A stretch of 63,078 nt of DNA, the filler included, from Deltaproteobacteria bacterium (lineage in GTDB: Bacteria > JAUYMQ01): the NCBI GenBank assembly GCA_030698575.1. It is 12 parts of 12 records of this genome, joined end to end, with 100 filler letters (N's around TTAATTAATTAA, not from the genome) between each part and the next. Parts side by side here need not be neighbours in the genome. Positions count along the whole stretch, not along the records: positions 24,987 to 28,635 come from JAUYMQ010000274.1; positions 28,736 to 43,672 come from JAUYMQ010000625.1; 10 more parts are not named here. The stretch is one strand, 5' to 3'. Below are positions 25,646 through 35,816 of the stretch, in pieces. Each line of letters starts with the position of its first letter. Within the stretch, counting starts at the first letter, position 1. The position numbers and the translations under genes are program-made. The notes under the pieces are model-generated. The model searched no databases, was not told the origin of the DNA, and was given only the letters and a program-made list of their open reading frames with translations.

Positions 25646-26449
25646 TTAAGGGTGCGCGGCCGTGCCGGAGCTCCGGGCAGCGCGCGCCCGGTAGCCGAGA
25701 AAGAGCATCAGCGCGACGCCCACGAGGAGCACCGGCACGCCGGTGGCCACCGACACGCTGATTCCCTCCACCGCCGCTCCGCGCTCACCACCACGGAAAG
25801 GCTCCTCGATCGCGTAGCGGAGAATAGCGTATCCGATCAGGAAAGCGCTGAAGACCTGGCCATGGAAACGCTTGTAGCGCTGCAGAATCACGAGGGCGAC
25901 AAAGAGCACGAGCCCGTCAAGCGAAGCGTAGATCTGCGTGGGGTGGATCGGGATTCCGCGCGTGGCGATGCCGTCCGGATTGTTGAAGACAACGGCCCAG
26001 GGCACATCCGTCGGGCGGCCGTAGCAGCAACCCGCGGCGAAGCACCCCAGGCGCCCGAAAACGATTCCGAGCGGCACCGCGGGCGCCATGAGATCGCAGG
26101 TGCGCCACACGGGCATCTTCCAGCGCCGCATGAAAAAGATCGACGTCAGAATGGCGCCGATGGCGCCGCCGTAGAAGACGAGCCCGCCGCGCGTGAAGTT
26201 CAGGATCTGGAGCGGATAGCGCGCGTAGTAATCCCATTCGATGAGCACGTAGTAGAGCCGCGAGCCGAGGATGGCGGCGATCAGAATGTAGAAGCTGAGA
26301 TCAAGGAGCTGCTGGGGGTTCTCGCCGTAACGCCGGGCCTGGTGCACGCAAAACGTCGCGCCGGCCAGAAAGCCCACGGCCAGCAGGACGCCGTAGGTGT
26401 GCACGGTCAACCCGCCGAGGAAAGGTATTTCGAAGAGATTCGGATGCAT
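25646..26449 (-). CDS. lgt: Prolipoprotein diacylglyceryl transferase
   Basis: GSRLYYV, GGLVFYGG, GRLGCF.AGCCYG and HPTQIY motifs. Confidence 0.95.
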   Translation of the reverse strand: MHPNLFEIPFLGGLTVHTYGVLLAVGFLAGATFCVHQARRYGENPQQLLDLSFYILIAAILGSRLYYVLIEWDYYARYPLQILNFTRGGLVFYGGAIGAILTSIFFMRRWKMPVWRTCDLMAPAVPLGIVFGRLGCFAAGCCYGRPTDVPWAVVFNNPDGIATRGIPIHPTQIYASLDGLVLFVALVILQRYKRFHGQVFSAFLIGYAILRYAIEEPFRGGERGAAVEGISVSVATGVPVLLVGVALMLFLGYRARAARSSGTAAHP

Positions 26450-26470
26450 GCCCGCTCCCGCGTCCCTCGC

Positions 26471-26977
26471 TCAGTCTGCCGGCGCCGATTCGCCGACCAG
26501 CTCCTGCCGCTTGTGCGACTCGGTGGTCAGAAGCTCAACAACGAGCAGGACGACCCCCACGGTGATCGCCGCGTCGGCCACGTTAAAGGCCGGCCAGCGA
26601 AGCGAGTGCCAGTGAACGTCGATAAAATCCACCACCGATCCGAGCCGCACGCGATCGGCGAGGTTGCCCACCGCCCCGCCCAGGATGAGCGAAAGGGCGG
26701 TGGCGGGAAGGCGCTGGTCGCGCCCCAGGCTCCAGAAGAAGATGAACACGACGCCGATCGCGAGCCCGGCAATGACGACGAAGAAATTCGGACCCACCCA
26801 GGAGAGAACCCCGAAGGCGCCGCCCGGGTTTCGCACATGAGAGAGGTGGATGAAATTCTCGACCACCGTGATGGAAGCGTATGGCGCGAGGTGCGTGTTC
26901 ACCAGGTACTTGGTGAACTGGTCCAGCAGGACCACGAGCGGCGTGACCAGGAGAAAGATCTTCAACTTCGGCGTCAT
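26471..26977 (-). CDS. lspA: Lipoprotein signal peptidase II
   Basis: DQFTK, N.G.AF, GNLADR, VVDFI and FNVAD motifs; ATGA overlap with ileS. Confidence 0.95.
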   Translation of the reverse strand: MTPKLKIFLLVTPLVVLLDQFTKYLVNTHLAPYASITVVENFIHLSHVRNPGGAFGVLSWVGPNFFVVIAGLAIGVVFIFFWSLGRDQRLPATALSLILGGAVGNLADRVRLGSVVDFIDVHWHSLRWPAFNVADAAITVGVVLLVVELLTTESHKRQELVGESAPAD

Positions 26978-28635
26978 GCCGCCGCCCCGCGCCCCGCGAG
27001 CACCTTCCGGCAACGTCCGCAGGCCCCGGCGTAGTCGCCGTCCATAGTTACGTCGCTGCGATAGACCCAGCACCTGGCACACTTGCTCCAATCTTCGTCG
27101 ACTGCTCCCACCCTGACCCTCATTCCCTTGACGAGATCGCTGACGAAGATTTGATCTCGCCCTTCGGTAACCATTTTCGGAGGTAGTGGTCGGAAAACAA
27201 TATTCGCCACCAAAAAGAAGTCGAACAATTCTCTTCGCTTCTTTTCTTCTGCGCTCAACCATTTCTCCAGAAACTCTCGATCTTCATCTGAGACGTCGAG
27301 TTCTACCTTAGCTTCTGTCGAGCTTCCGATCAGCTTTTGCTGGCGCGCGGCTTCGATAGCTTTGCCCGCCTCACCGCGAATCTTCAGCAGCCGGTCGTAT
27401 TCCTCAGCCAGCGCGTCGTTCTTCCAGGCCGGATCGACTCCGGGAAAGCCACCCAGGTGCACCGAGGGCCTCTTCTCGCCCGGAATGTGGCCGGCGATCT
27501 CCTCCGCCGTGAAGGAGAGCACCGGGGCCATGAGGGAAGTCAGCGCCTGCAGCGTCTCGTAGAGTACGGTCTGCCCCGACCGCCGCTCGGGGCTCCGCTC
27601 ACCGTCGCAGTAAAGGCGGTCTTTCAGAATGTCGAGATAGAGAGACGAGAGATCCACGGTGCAGAACTGGTTGAGCGCGTGGAAGACCACGTGGAGCTCG
27701 TACTTCTCGTAGCCGCGGACCACGCGCTCTATGAGCTTCGCAAGCCGGTGGAGCGCCCAGCGATCGATGCCCAGCATGCGAGCGGCCGGCACGCGGTCCC
27801 GCGCAGGGTCGAAGTCCGCCAGGTTCCCCAGAAGGAAGCGGCAGGTGTTGCGAATCTTCCGGTAGGCCTCGTTCAGCTGTTTCAGGATGTCGTCCGAGAA
27901 GCTGATCTCGCGGCTGTAGTCCTCGGCGCTCACCCAGAGGCGCAGGATCTCGGCGCCCTGATTCTTGATGATCTTCTCGGGGGGCACGAAGTTCGGCGTG
28001 GACTTCGAGTACTTCCGTCCGTCCTCGTCGACGACGAAACCGTGTGTGAGCACCGTGCGGTAGGGGGCGGCGTCACGCGTCGCCACCGAGACGAGAAGCG
28101 ACGACTGGAACCAGCCCCGGTGCTGATCGCTCCCCTCGAGATACATGTCGGCCGGAGGCCCCTCGCCAGGGGGGCGCCTCAGGTTCTCGCGGCGCTCCAG
28201 CACGCCCGCCCAGCTCGCCCCCGAGTCGAACCACACGTCCAGGATGCTCGTATCGCGGACGAGCTTCGCGTCCCCGCACTTAGGACAGGTTGCCCCCGGG
28301 GGGAGCAGCGGATCGAGATCGCCCGGCGCCCAGGGGCCGTCTTCGGCGAACCAGACGTCCGATCCCTCCCGCTCAAAGATGTCCGCCACATTGTTCATCG
28401 CATCGGCGCTGATGAGAAATTCCCGCTCGGGGCCACACTCCTTGTTCGCGCAACGCCACACCGGGATCGGCACGCCCCACTTGCGCTGGCGGCTGATGCA
28501 CCAGTCGGGACGGTTCTCCACCATGCCCTTTATCCGCTCGCGTCCCCAGCGCGGAATCCATTCGACTTTCTCGACCTCCCTGAGGGCGCGCTCCCGCAGA
28601 TCGTTCACCGACATGCTCACGAACCACTGCTCGGT
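26974..28635 (-). CDS. ileS: Isoleucine--tRNA ligase (5' truncated)
   Basis: DWCISRQR.WG, DVWFDSG, EGSDQHRGWF, KYSKS and C-terminal CARC...CGRC; ileS-lspA synteny. Confidence 0.96.
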   Translation of the reverse strand, partial: TEQWFVSMSVNDLRERALREVEKVEWIPRWGRERIKGMVENRPDWCISRQRKWGVPIPVWRCANKECGPEREFLISADAMNNVADIFEREGSDVWFAEDGPWAPGDLDPLLPPGATCPKCGDAKLVRDTSILDVWFDSGASWAGVLERRENLRRPPGEGPPADMYLEGSDQHRGWFQSSLLVSVATRDAAPYRTVLTHGFVVDEDGRKYSKSTPNFVPPEKIIKNQGAEILRLWVSAEDYSREISFSDDILKQLNEAYRKIRNTCRFLLGNLADFDPARDRVPAARMLGIDRWALHRLAKLIERVVRGYEKYELHVVFHALNQFCTVDLSSLYLDILKDRLYCDGERSPERRSGQTVLYETLQALTSLMAPVLSFTAEEIAGHIPGEKRPSVHLGGFPGVDPAWKNDALAEEYDRLLKIRGEAGKAIEAARQQKLIGSSTEAKVELDVSDEDREFLEKWLSAEEKKRRELFDFFLVANIVFRPLPPKMVTEGRDQIFVSDLVKGMRVRVGAVDEDWSKCARCWVYRSDVTMDGDYAGACGRCRKVLAGRGAAA

Positions 28636-28735
28636 NNNNNNNNNNNNNNNNNNNNNNNNNNNNNNNNNNNNNNNNNNNNTTAATTAATTAANNNNNNNNN
28701 NNNNNNNNNNNNNNNNNNNNNNNNNNNNNNNNNNN

Positions 28736-28904
28736 CGTAGGCTGACGACATGCCGTTCTTGTTCTTGTAGAGCCAGTTTCCGCCCACCTCGTCGCTCTTC
28801 TCGAAGCAGTCGAAGGGGATGCCCCGATCCTTGAGCGCCTTGATGATCGTGATTCCGGACGAGCCCGCCCCTATCACGCAGACCTTGGGATAGTTCGGTG
28901 CCAT
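28736..28904 (-). CDS. Flavin-containing monooxygenase (3' truncated)
   Basis: VIGAGSSG and FEKSD.VGGNW...SSAY motifs. Confidence 0.8.
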
Positions 28905-28934
28905 GTCGATCTCCACCTGTAACGGGCGCCGCCG

Positions 28935-30176
28935 TCAGGAAAGAGCTTTAGAGGAGTAGTCGAGCAGGCGGCGTGCAACGATGAGCAGGTTGATCTGCTG
29001 CGTTCCCTCGTAGAGATCGGTGATCTTCGCGTCCCGCATCCATTTCTCGAAGAGGTGCTTCTGCGAGTAGCCGAGCGGGCCGAGAATCTCGACCGCCTTC
29101 TGGGTCACCTTCGTGGTGACCGAGCCGGCCTTGGCCTTGGCCATCGAGGCCTCGAGGGCGTTATGACGCCGCTCGTCCATCATCCACGCCGAGCGGTAAG
29201 TTAGCAAGCGGGCCGCCTGGACCTGGGCCTCCATGTCGATCACGTCCCGCTCGATGGCGGTCAGCTCGTGATCCGGGGCGTCGTATCGGATCTCGATCCC
29301 CTCTTTCTCCAGGATCTCCTTCAGGCCGTCGAGGGCCGCCTGCGCCACGCCCACGCCGCTCGCGGCAACAGCCGGACGCGATGCGTCGAAGGTCGCCATG
29401 GCGCCCTTGAAGCCCGCCGTCCCGCTGCTCTGCACGACCTCCGCCGAGCCCAGGATGTTCTCGATGGGAATGCGGCAGTTGTCGAAAACGATCGGGGCCG
29501 TGTCGTTGGCCCGGATGCCGAGCTTGTCCTCGACCCCGAGGACCTTCATGCCGGGCGTGCCCGCCTCGACCACGAAGCTCTTGATCCCCGCGCGGCCGGC
29601 GTTCTTGTCCAGCGTGGCCCAGACGACGAGGATGCCCGGCGACTCCTGCGCCGCCATGAGCCCGCTCGTGACGAAAATCTTCGTGCCGTTCAGCACCCAT
29701 TCGTCGCCGTCGCGCACTGCCGTGGTGGCCACCTGTGAGGTATCGGATCCGAAGTGCGGCTCGGTGATCGCCATCGCGCCCCACTTGGGCTCTCCCTCGG
29801 TGAAGCGCTTCAGAAAACGCTCCTTCTGCTCCGGGGTGCCCACGGCCTCGATGGCGAAGCCCGCCAGCCCCGCGTTCGGCGTGCAGAGGTAGATGCCCGC
29901 GTCGCCCCAGGCCAGCTCCTCGATGATGGTCACCATCTGCATGTTGCCTTCGCGGGGCCCGTCGGCCTTCTTTTCTTTCTTTTCCTTCTTGGCCGCGGCG
30001 GCGGACTCCGTGCCCCGGGCCTTCACCGATTCCCACATGAAGTTGATGTGGTCCCACGGCTTCTCGGCATCGTGGTGATCGCACTGCCGGGCAACGGGGC
30101 GGATCTGGTTCTCGGCAACCATGTGCAGCAGGTTGCGCATATTCTCGAGGGCAGCGCTCGGCTTGAAGCTGATCAT
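28935..30176 (-). CDS. Acyl-CoA dehydrogenase (FadE23-like)
   Basis: AMAITEP.FGSD, LNGTKIFVT and RDAKITDLYEGTQQI motifs. Confidence 0.92.
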   Translation of the reverse strand: MISFKPSAALENMRNLLHMVAENQIRPVARQCDHHDAEKPWDHINFMWESVKARGTESAAAAKKEKKEKKADGPREGNMQMVTIIEELAWGDAGIYLCTPNAGLAGFAIEAVGTPEQKERFLKRFTEGEPKWGAMAITEPHFGSDTSQVATTAVRDGDEWVLNGTKIFVTSGLMAAQESPGILVVWATLDKNAGRAGIKSFVVEAGTPGMKVLGVEDKLGIRANDTAPIVFDNCRIPIENILGSAEVVQSSGTAGFKGAMATFDASRPAVAASGVGVAQAALDGLKEILEKEGIEIRYDAPDHELTAIERDVIDMEAQVQAARLLTYRSAWMMDERRHNALEASMAKAKAGSVTTKVTQKAVEILGPLGYSQKHLFEKWMRDAKITDLYEGTQQINLLIVARRLLDYSSKALS

Positions 30177-30244
30177 GTCAGTCTCCTGCTTTTTGAAGTT
30201 GCGACTGGCGCCGGGTTCCGGACCCGGCCGCCGCGCCGGCCATG

Positions 30245-31339
30245 TCAGACGAAAGTCATGAGATCGAGCGTCGACAACCCCCGCGCGTTGCGAAGGTGCT
30301 GCTCGACCAGGTGCTCGCGGATGTAGCCGTGGCCGCCGAGGACCTGAACGGCGCAGTCGGTCACCCGGAGCGCCGTGTCGGCCACGGTGCGGCGCGCCAG
30401 CGTCACCTCACGCGAGGCGTCCAGTCCCTCGTCAATCCGCCAGGCGGCTTCCCAGACGAGCAGGCGCGCGGCATCGACGTCGATCGCCATCTCGGCGAGC
30501 ATGAAGGCAATGGCCTGCTTGGTCGCGATGGGAACCCCGAAGGCGGTGCGCTCCTTCGCGTACTCCTTCGAGTAGTCCAGCGCCGCGCGGGCCACGCCGA
30601 CACCCATGGCCGCCAGCCCCACGCGCGAGCGGTCGAGCAGGAGCCGGAAGTCGCACCCCTTCTCGCCCCCCAGGCGGTCGGCGGCGCTCACCCGGACGCC
30701 GGCGAGCGCGATCTCGGCGGTCGGAAGCGCGAGCAAGCCCATATTTCGTTCACCCGCTTCGATCGTCAGTCCCGCGGCGTCGCGGGGAACGAAGAATCCC
30801 TGCACGCCATCACCCTCGCTTGCGAAGACGAGGATCGGGGTCTCGCCCGCGAGCACCGGCACGAAGCACTTGCGCCCTTCGAGAACGTACCCGTCACCTT
30901 CACGCTTGGCGGTCGTGGCGGGACGGCGCGGATCGAACCGGAAGCTCGGCTCGACGAAAGCTGCCGACCCCGGCGCGAAGCGCTCCTCCACGAAGGGGGC
31001 GAGGTGCTTCGTCTTCTGCGCGTCGGTTCCCGCCAGAACGAGCGGCGTCGCGTGCAGGCCGGGGGAGAGGATGGCTATTGCCAGCGCCAGATCGCCGTAG
31101 GCGAGTTCCTCGGCGACCAGCGCACCCGTGACGGCCGAAGCGTTCTCGCCGCCGCCCCCGTACTGCTCGGGGATATTGGTCATGACGAGCCCCAGTGAGT
31201 TGGCGGAATCGAGGATCGCCTGGGGTATGGCGCCCGCTTGATCGCAAGGGCGCGCCTGGGGGCGCACTTCCTTTTCGACCAGGCGGCTTACCGCCTCGAC
31301 GATGGCCTTTTGCTCGTCGCTTGGCTCAAAAGAAATCAT
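30245..31339 (-). CDS. Acyl-CoA dehydrogenase family subunit (FadE24-like, lacks the YEGT catalytic motif)
   Basis: EELAYGD, R.AFG.PI..KQA and QVLGGHGYIREH motifs. Confidence 0.88.
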   Translation of the reverse strand: MISFEPSDEQKAIVEAVSRLVEKEVRPQARPCDQAGAIPQAILDSANSLGLVMTNIPEQYGGGGENASAVTGALVAEELAYGDLALAIAILSPGLHATPLVLAGTDAQKTKHLAPFVEERFAPGSAAFVEPSFRFDPRRPATTAKREGDGYVLEGRKCFVPVLAGETPILVFASEGDGVQGFFVPRDAAGLTIEAGERNMGLLALPTAEIALAGVRVSAADRLGGEKGCDFRLLLDRSRVGLAAMGVGVARAALDYSKEYAKERTAFGVPIATKQAIAFMLAEMAIDVDAARLLVWEAAWRIDEGLDASREVTLARRTVADTALRVTDCAVQVLGGHGYIREHLVEQHLRNARGLSTLDLMTFV

Positions 31340-32022
31340 CTGACCGCTCCTTCTGCGGATGGGGGAACACGCTTTCCGCCGCGCGCCATGTTGATGGGGC
31401 GACGGATGAGTCCCTGGAGTGACGTGAGCTGAACGCGGTAGATCCATTCGGCCGGCCGGCCGAAGACCTTCGCTTGCGCGAGGGAACTGTAGTTTCCCAC
31501 GTAGATCCAGGCCGCGATCTCGGCATCGACCTCGGCCCGGATTGAACCCTCGGTGATGCCCCGGCGGATCGTCTTCTCGACGCGCTGGGCCATCTCGGTG
31601 ACATTCGATTCGATGACTTGCCGGAGGGACGGATCGAGCAGCGCCGCGCCCTGATCGAGGAGGAGCCGCGCATACTCGGGGTGTCGCTCGAGCTCGGCGG
31701 CGAAGGCGACGGCGTAGTCGACGAGAACATCGAGCGCTTCCTTCCGGGCCTTTTCGATGCGATCGAAAATGGAGCGGAAGTGCGCCCCGAGCCGCTCGAT
31801 GACCGCAAGATTGAGCGCGCGCTTGTCGGGGAAGTACTTGAAGACGGTGGCTTCGGAAACGCCGGCCTCTTCGGCCACCGTAGCCGCCGAGGCGGCCTGC
31901 GCGCCCGCTTTGGCGATCACGTGGAAGGCGCAGTCGAGAAGCTGCGCGCGGCGCTTGTCCGGTTCCAGGCGCGCGGCCCGGCGGCGCAGGGTGCCGCCGC
32001 GCCGGTTGTTCGCTCGGGCCAT
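31336..32022 (-). CDS. TetR/AcrR-family regulator
   Basis: VAEEAGVSEATVFKYFPDK helix-turn-helix. Confidence 0.9.
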   Translation of the reverse strand: MARANNRRGGTLRRRAARLEPDKRRAQLLDCAFHVIAKAGAQAASAATVAEEAGVSEATVFKYFPDKRALNLAVIERLGAHFRSIFDRIEKARKEALDVLVDYAVAFAAELERHPEYARLLLDQGAALLDPSLRQVIESNVTEMAQRVEKTIRRGITEGSIRAEVDAEIAAWIYVGNYSSLAQAKVFGRPAEWIYRVQLTSLQGLIRRPINMARGGKRVPPSAEGAVR

Positions 32023-32045
32023 GGTGCCCTCCTGGAGGATTAGCT

Positions 32046-32197
32046 TAGTAAGGCATTCCTTATTTGGCAAGGGGCAAGCTTTGGGCCTTTAATCGGCCGA
32101 ATAAGCCATGTAATTACATGTGTTTACGTGTATAGACGGACCTCTCGGAAACGACGTGACGCTCAGAGACGCCGCGTTAATAGTAATACGCTTACTA
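32046..32197. promoter_or_regulatory. Palindromic operator candidates upstream of the TetR gene
   Basis: TAGTAA-N5-TTACTA (32181-32197), related half-site TAGTAA at 32046, perfect palindrome CATGTAATTACATG (32107-32120). Confidence 0.45.
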
Positions 32198-32268
32198 GGC
32201 TGGGAAGGCGTCCGCCAACGCGAAGGGCCCGCCGGATAGCGGGCCCCCGGGAATCCTGAGGGGTGTGA

Positions 32269-32622
32269 TCAGCCGATGTTCGCGAGAGCGAAAACGGTAA
32301 GGCCCGTTCCGAGGAACGCGACGCCGTAGAAGATGAAGGCCACCAGGCCCGGGGCCTCGAGCCCCAGATCGGAAACGACGTGCTTGAGCCGGTGCCCCGC
32401 GTGGAATAGCGAGAGCGAAATGAGCGCCAGGAGGTAGAGCTTCGCGATCGGGTGAGAGAGCAGCTCGACCATGCGCCCGTAGCTCGTGGCGCTTTCCGGC
32501 AGCCAGCCCAGCTGCATGGCCAGCCCCTGGAAGAACACGTGCCCCGGCAGGAAGATCGCGGACATCATCCCGCCTGCCGAGAACAGAAGCCACCAGAAAG
32601 ATTCAGTCTTCTGTGCAGCCAT
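32269..32622 (-). CDS. frdD: Fumarate reductase subunit D
   Basis: E..WW.LFSAGG..SA...P and FHA.HR..H motifs; three TM segments. Confidence 0.88.
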   Translation of the reverse strand: MAAQKTESFWWLLFSAGGMMSAIFLPGHVFFQGLAMQLGWLPESATSYGRMVELLSHPIAKLYLLALISLSLFHAGHRLKHVVSDLGLEAPGLVAFIFYGVAFLGTGLTVFALANIG

Positions 32623-32628
32623 TTTCGT

Positions 32629-33051
32629 TCACCCTCCGAGCGAGAAGTAGCCGATCACCGCCGCCACGGCGACGACAAGTCCCATGTTGCCCAGCACGAA
32701 CATGGACGGCGGGACCTCGAATTTTCCAATGCGCATGGGCGACACGACGGCGCCGGCCTGGAACCATGTAATCGAGTGAAAAAGCACGAAGAAGAGGGCG
32801 AAGAGCGAGCCGATGGCAAGCGCGACCGAATTCGTGGCGCCCGCCAGCCAGGCGTTCCAGGCCGCCTCGCCCTTCGAAATCGCGATGAGCCCCTGCAGTA
32901 GCCTCATGGCGAACAGCAGGACGAAGAGGGCCGTGAATTCGCGCACCATGAAGAGCAGGTAGGGGCGCTTCTTGGTCCACCAGAGCTCGGGGTAGGGCTT
33001 GATGTAGTCCTTGTAACCGGGCTCGGGAACGCGGTAGTCCTTTGCGCTCAT
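32629..33051 (-). CDS. frdC: Fumarate reductase subunit C
   Basis: WW....Y..FM.RE.TA and HSITWF motifs. Confidence 0.88.
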   Translation of the reverse strand: MSAKDYRVPEPGYKDYIKPYPELWWTKKRPYLLFMVREFTALFVLLFAMRLLQGLIAISKGEAAWNAWLAGATNSVALAIGSLFALFFVLFHSITWFQAGAVVSPMRIGKFEVPPSMFVLGNMGLVVAVAAVIGYFSLGG

Positions 33052-33064
33052 TGCTTCTCCCCTC

Positions 33065-33811
33065 TCATCGGGACGACCCTCGCGGAAGAATGAAAGACTT
33101 GATCTTGTCGAGGACGTTCGCGAGCTTCTCGCGCTGAATGGCCGCCGCGGGATCCACGTGCTTCGGGCAGACCTCGCTGCACTCGCCAACGAAGGTGCAT
33201 TCCCACACGCCCTCGCCGCTGCCGATGATCTTGTTGCGCTCGGCCCGCGCGCCGTCGCGGCTGTCCTCATTGTAGCGATGGCCGAGGGCGATAGCCGCCG
33301 GGCCGAGGAAGTCTTGGTGCTTGCCGTAAACCGGGCAGGCGGCATAGCAGAGCATGCAGTTGATGCACATGGAGAACTGCCGGTAGGCCTCGAGCTGGCG
33401 CGGCGTCTGAAGGTACTCGCCCTCGTCGATCGACTTCTCTTCCTTGGGGATGAGCCAGGGCTTCACCCGCTTCAGCTTCTCCATGAAGTCGCTCATGTTG
33501 ACGACGAGATCCCGCATGATGGGGAAGTTCGCCAGAGGCTCAACGGTGATGTCGCCCTCGAAGTCGCGAAGGAACGTGGCGCAGGTGAGCTTGGGCACGC
33601 CGTTCACGTTCATTCCGCAGCTACCGCAAACCCCCATCCGGCAGGACCAGCGGTAGGTGAGTGTTCCGTCCTGCTGGTCCTTGATGTGGTTCAGGGCGTC
33701 GAGAACGACGGTGTCGTCGTCATAGGGGACCTCGTAGGTCTGCGTCCGCGGCGCCGAATCGGTTTCGGGGTTGTAACGCGTGACGGTCAGCTTCTTCATC
33801 TTATCGCTCAT
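33065..33811 (-). CDS. frdB: Fumarate reductase Fe-S subunit
   Basis: SCRMGVCGSCG, CINCMLCYAACP and CTFVGECSEVCP motifs. Confidence 0.93.
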   Translation of the reverse strand: MSDKMKKLTVTRYNPETDSAPRTQTYEVPYDDDTVVLDALNHIKDQQDGTLTYRWSCRMGVCGSCGMNVNGVPKLTCATFLRDFEGDITVEPLANFPIMRDLVVNMSDFMEKLKRVKPWLIPKEEKSIDEGEYLQTPRQLEAYRQFSMCINCMLCYAACPVYGKHQDFLGPAAIALGHRYNEDSRDGARAERNKIIGSGEGVWECTFVGECSEVCPKHVDPAAAIQREKLANVLDKIKSFILPRGSSR

Positions 33812-35532
33812 CAGTACTTGCGCTCCTCGGGCTGCCAGCGGGTGATCGTGGCCGGGCGGTATTCGAGGCGCGGCCCGTCCTCCGTCCGGTGGGCGATCGT
33901 GTGTGTCAGGAACTGCTGATCGTTCCGCCCCTTGTGGTCCCTGCGCTGGTGCGCCCCGCGGGATTCCGTTCGCCTGAGCGCACCCTCGGCCATGGCCAGC
34001 GCGATGTCGAGCATGAAGTCCAGCTCGATAGCCGCCGTGAGGTCGGTGTTGAAGACCCGATTGCGGTCGTCGATGCTGATCCTGCCATAGCGCTCGCGAA
34101 GCGTCAGAAGCTTGTCGCGCGCGGCCTGGATCGTCTCGCCGTTCCGGTAGACGCCGCAGCCTTTCTCCATGGCGTCCTGCATTTCATGGCGGATGGTCGC
34201 GATGCGCTCGCCGTTCTTGTGATCCTGGAGGTAGGTCCGCTCGATGCGGGCCCACTCGTCGCGAGCAATCGATTCCGGCGCAGGGCTGCTGTCCGAGCCT
34301 CCCTGCCTCACGTACTGCGCCGCATGCTTGCCGGCCCAGGCGCCGAAGACGAGGCACTCGGTGAGGGAGTTCGATCCGAGCCGGTTGGCGCCGTTGATCG
34401 AGACGCAGGCAACCTCGCCGGCGGCATAGAGCCCCCGCAGGGGCGTTGCGCCGTTTATGTCGGTATCGATGCCGCCCATGCAGTAGTGGACCACGGGGCG
34501 GATGGGGATCGGCTGCTTCACAGGATCGATACCGACGTATTTCGTGGCCAGCTCGCGCACGAACGGGAGCCGCTCGTTGATCTTCTTTTCGCCCAGATGG
34601 GTGAGGTCCAGATGCACGTACTGGCCGTGCTTGCCTTCGAAGGCGCGTCCCGCTTCCATTTCCTCGATGATCGCGCGAGAGAGGAGATCGCGCGGCCCCA
34701 GCTCCATCTTTGTAGGCACGTAGTTGCTGAGGAACCGGTCTCCCTCCTTGTTGAAGAGGTAGCCGCCCTCGGCGCGCGATGCTTCGGTGATGAGGATGCC
34801 GGTGCCCGGCAATCCCGTCGGATGATACTGAACAAACTCCATGTCCTTCAACGGCACACCGGCGCGGTAGGCCATCGCCATTCCGTCGCCGGTCTTGATG
34901 GAGGCGTTCGTGGTGAAGGGGAACACCTTGCCTGCGCCCCCCGTGCAGATGATGACCGCGCGGCCGTAGATGGGCAGAAGCTTGCCGCTGTGCAGATCGA
35001 TCGCCGTGACGCCCCGGACGGCTCCGTCGTGCACGATCAGCGAAGTTACGAACTGCTCGTCGTAGCGCACGATGCGATCGTACTTGAGGGAGGTCTGGAA
35101 CAGGGCGTGGAGCATGTGAAAGCCGGTTTTGTCGGCGGCGAAGAGCGTGCGCGGCGTGCTCATCCCTCCGAACGTGCGGGTGGCCACCCGCCCGTCGGGA
35201 TCGCGGCTCCAGGGACAGCCCCAGTGCTCCAGCTGGAGAAGCTCACGGGGAGCTTCCTTCACGAAGGCCTCGACCGCGTCCTGGTCGGAGATGAAATCGC
35301 TTCCCTTGATTGTGTCGAAGGCGTGCAGATCGAAGCTGTCGTTCTCCGTCTTGACCACGCCCGCCGCGCCGCCCTCGGCGGAGACGGTGTGGCTGCGCAT
35401 GGGGTAGACCTTCGAAACCATTGCGACGGTGAGCTTCGGGTCGGCCTCGACCGCGGCGATGGCGGCGCGAATGCCGGCGCCGCCGCCCCCTACCAGCACA
35501 ATGTCGTGTACGACGGGATCGGTCAGGGACAT
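33811..35532 (-). CDS. frdA: Fumarate reductase flavoprotein subunit
   Basis: [32 protein letters not shown] and ESRGAH motifs. Confidence 0.93.
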   Translation of the reverse strand: MSLTDPVVHDIVLVGGGGAGIRAAIAAVEADPKLTVAMVSKVYPMRSHTVSAEGGAAGVVKTENDSFDLHAFDTIKGSDFISDQDAVEAFVKEAPRELLQLEHWGCPWSRDPDGRVATRTFGGMSTPRTLFAADKTGFHMLHALFQTSLKYDRIVRYDEQFVTSLIVHDGAVRGVTAIDLHSGKLLPIYGRAVIICTGGAGKVFPFTTNASIKTGDGMAMAYRAGVPLKDMEFVQYHPTGLPGTGILITEASRAEGGYLFNKEGDRFLSNYVPTKMELGPRDLLSRAIIEEMEAGRAFEGKHGQYVHLDLTHLGEKKINERLPFVRELATKYVGIDPVKQPIPIRPVVHYCMGGIDTDINGATPLRGLYAAGEVACVSINGANRLGSNSLTECLVFGAWAGKHAAQYVRQGGSDSSPAPESIARDEWARIERTYLQDHKNGERIATIRHEMQDAMEKGCGVYRNGETIQAARDKLLTLRERYGRISIDDRNRVFNTDLTAAIELDFMLDIALAMAEGALRRTESRGAHQRRDHKGRNDQQFLTHTIAHRTEDGPRLEYRPATITRWQPEERKY

Positions 35533-35816
35533 GTTTTCACCTCCGGGGAGACAAGAAGCTACCGCGCCGCCCGATGGAGTTCAAGCGCCGGCGCGCGGGA
35601 GGCGGGTGGGAGAGCGCGGTCCCGCCCCGCGGGCCGGGAGTGCACGGAGGCACATCGGAGGTGCAACGGGAGCGAAAGGGGCGTCCCCGTATGGACGTTC
35701 GAAGTGCAGCGAAGATGCAAGAAGGCCCGGAAAGGGAATCCCGGGCCTTAAGGGCTGGCGGTTCGCCGCCCGGTTCGCGGCCCGATCCGGGCAGGCGCGG
35801 GCCGGCGGCTACCCAA

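Noticed and set aside
33889-35751. Long antisense or alternative-frame ORFs (e.g. 620 aa here, 25382-27034, 38199-39806)
   Set aside because: They are shadow ORFs of high-GC genes, with no motifs and full overlap with well-supported CDSs.
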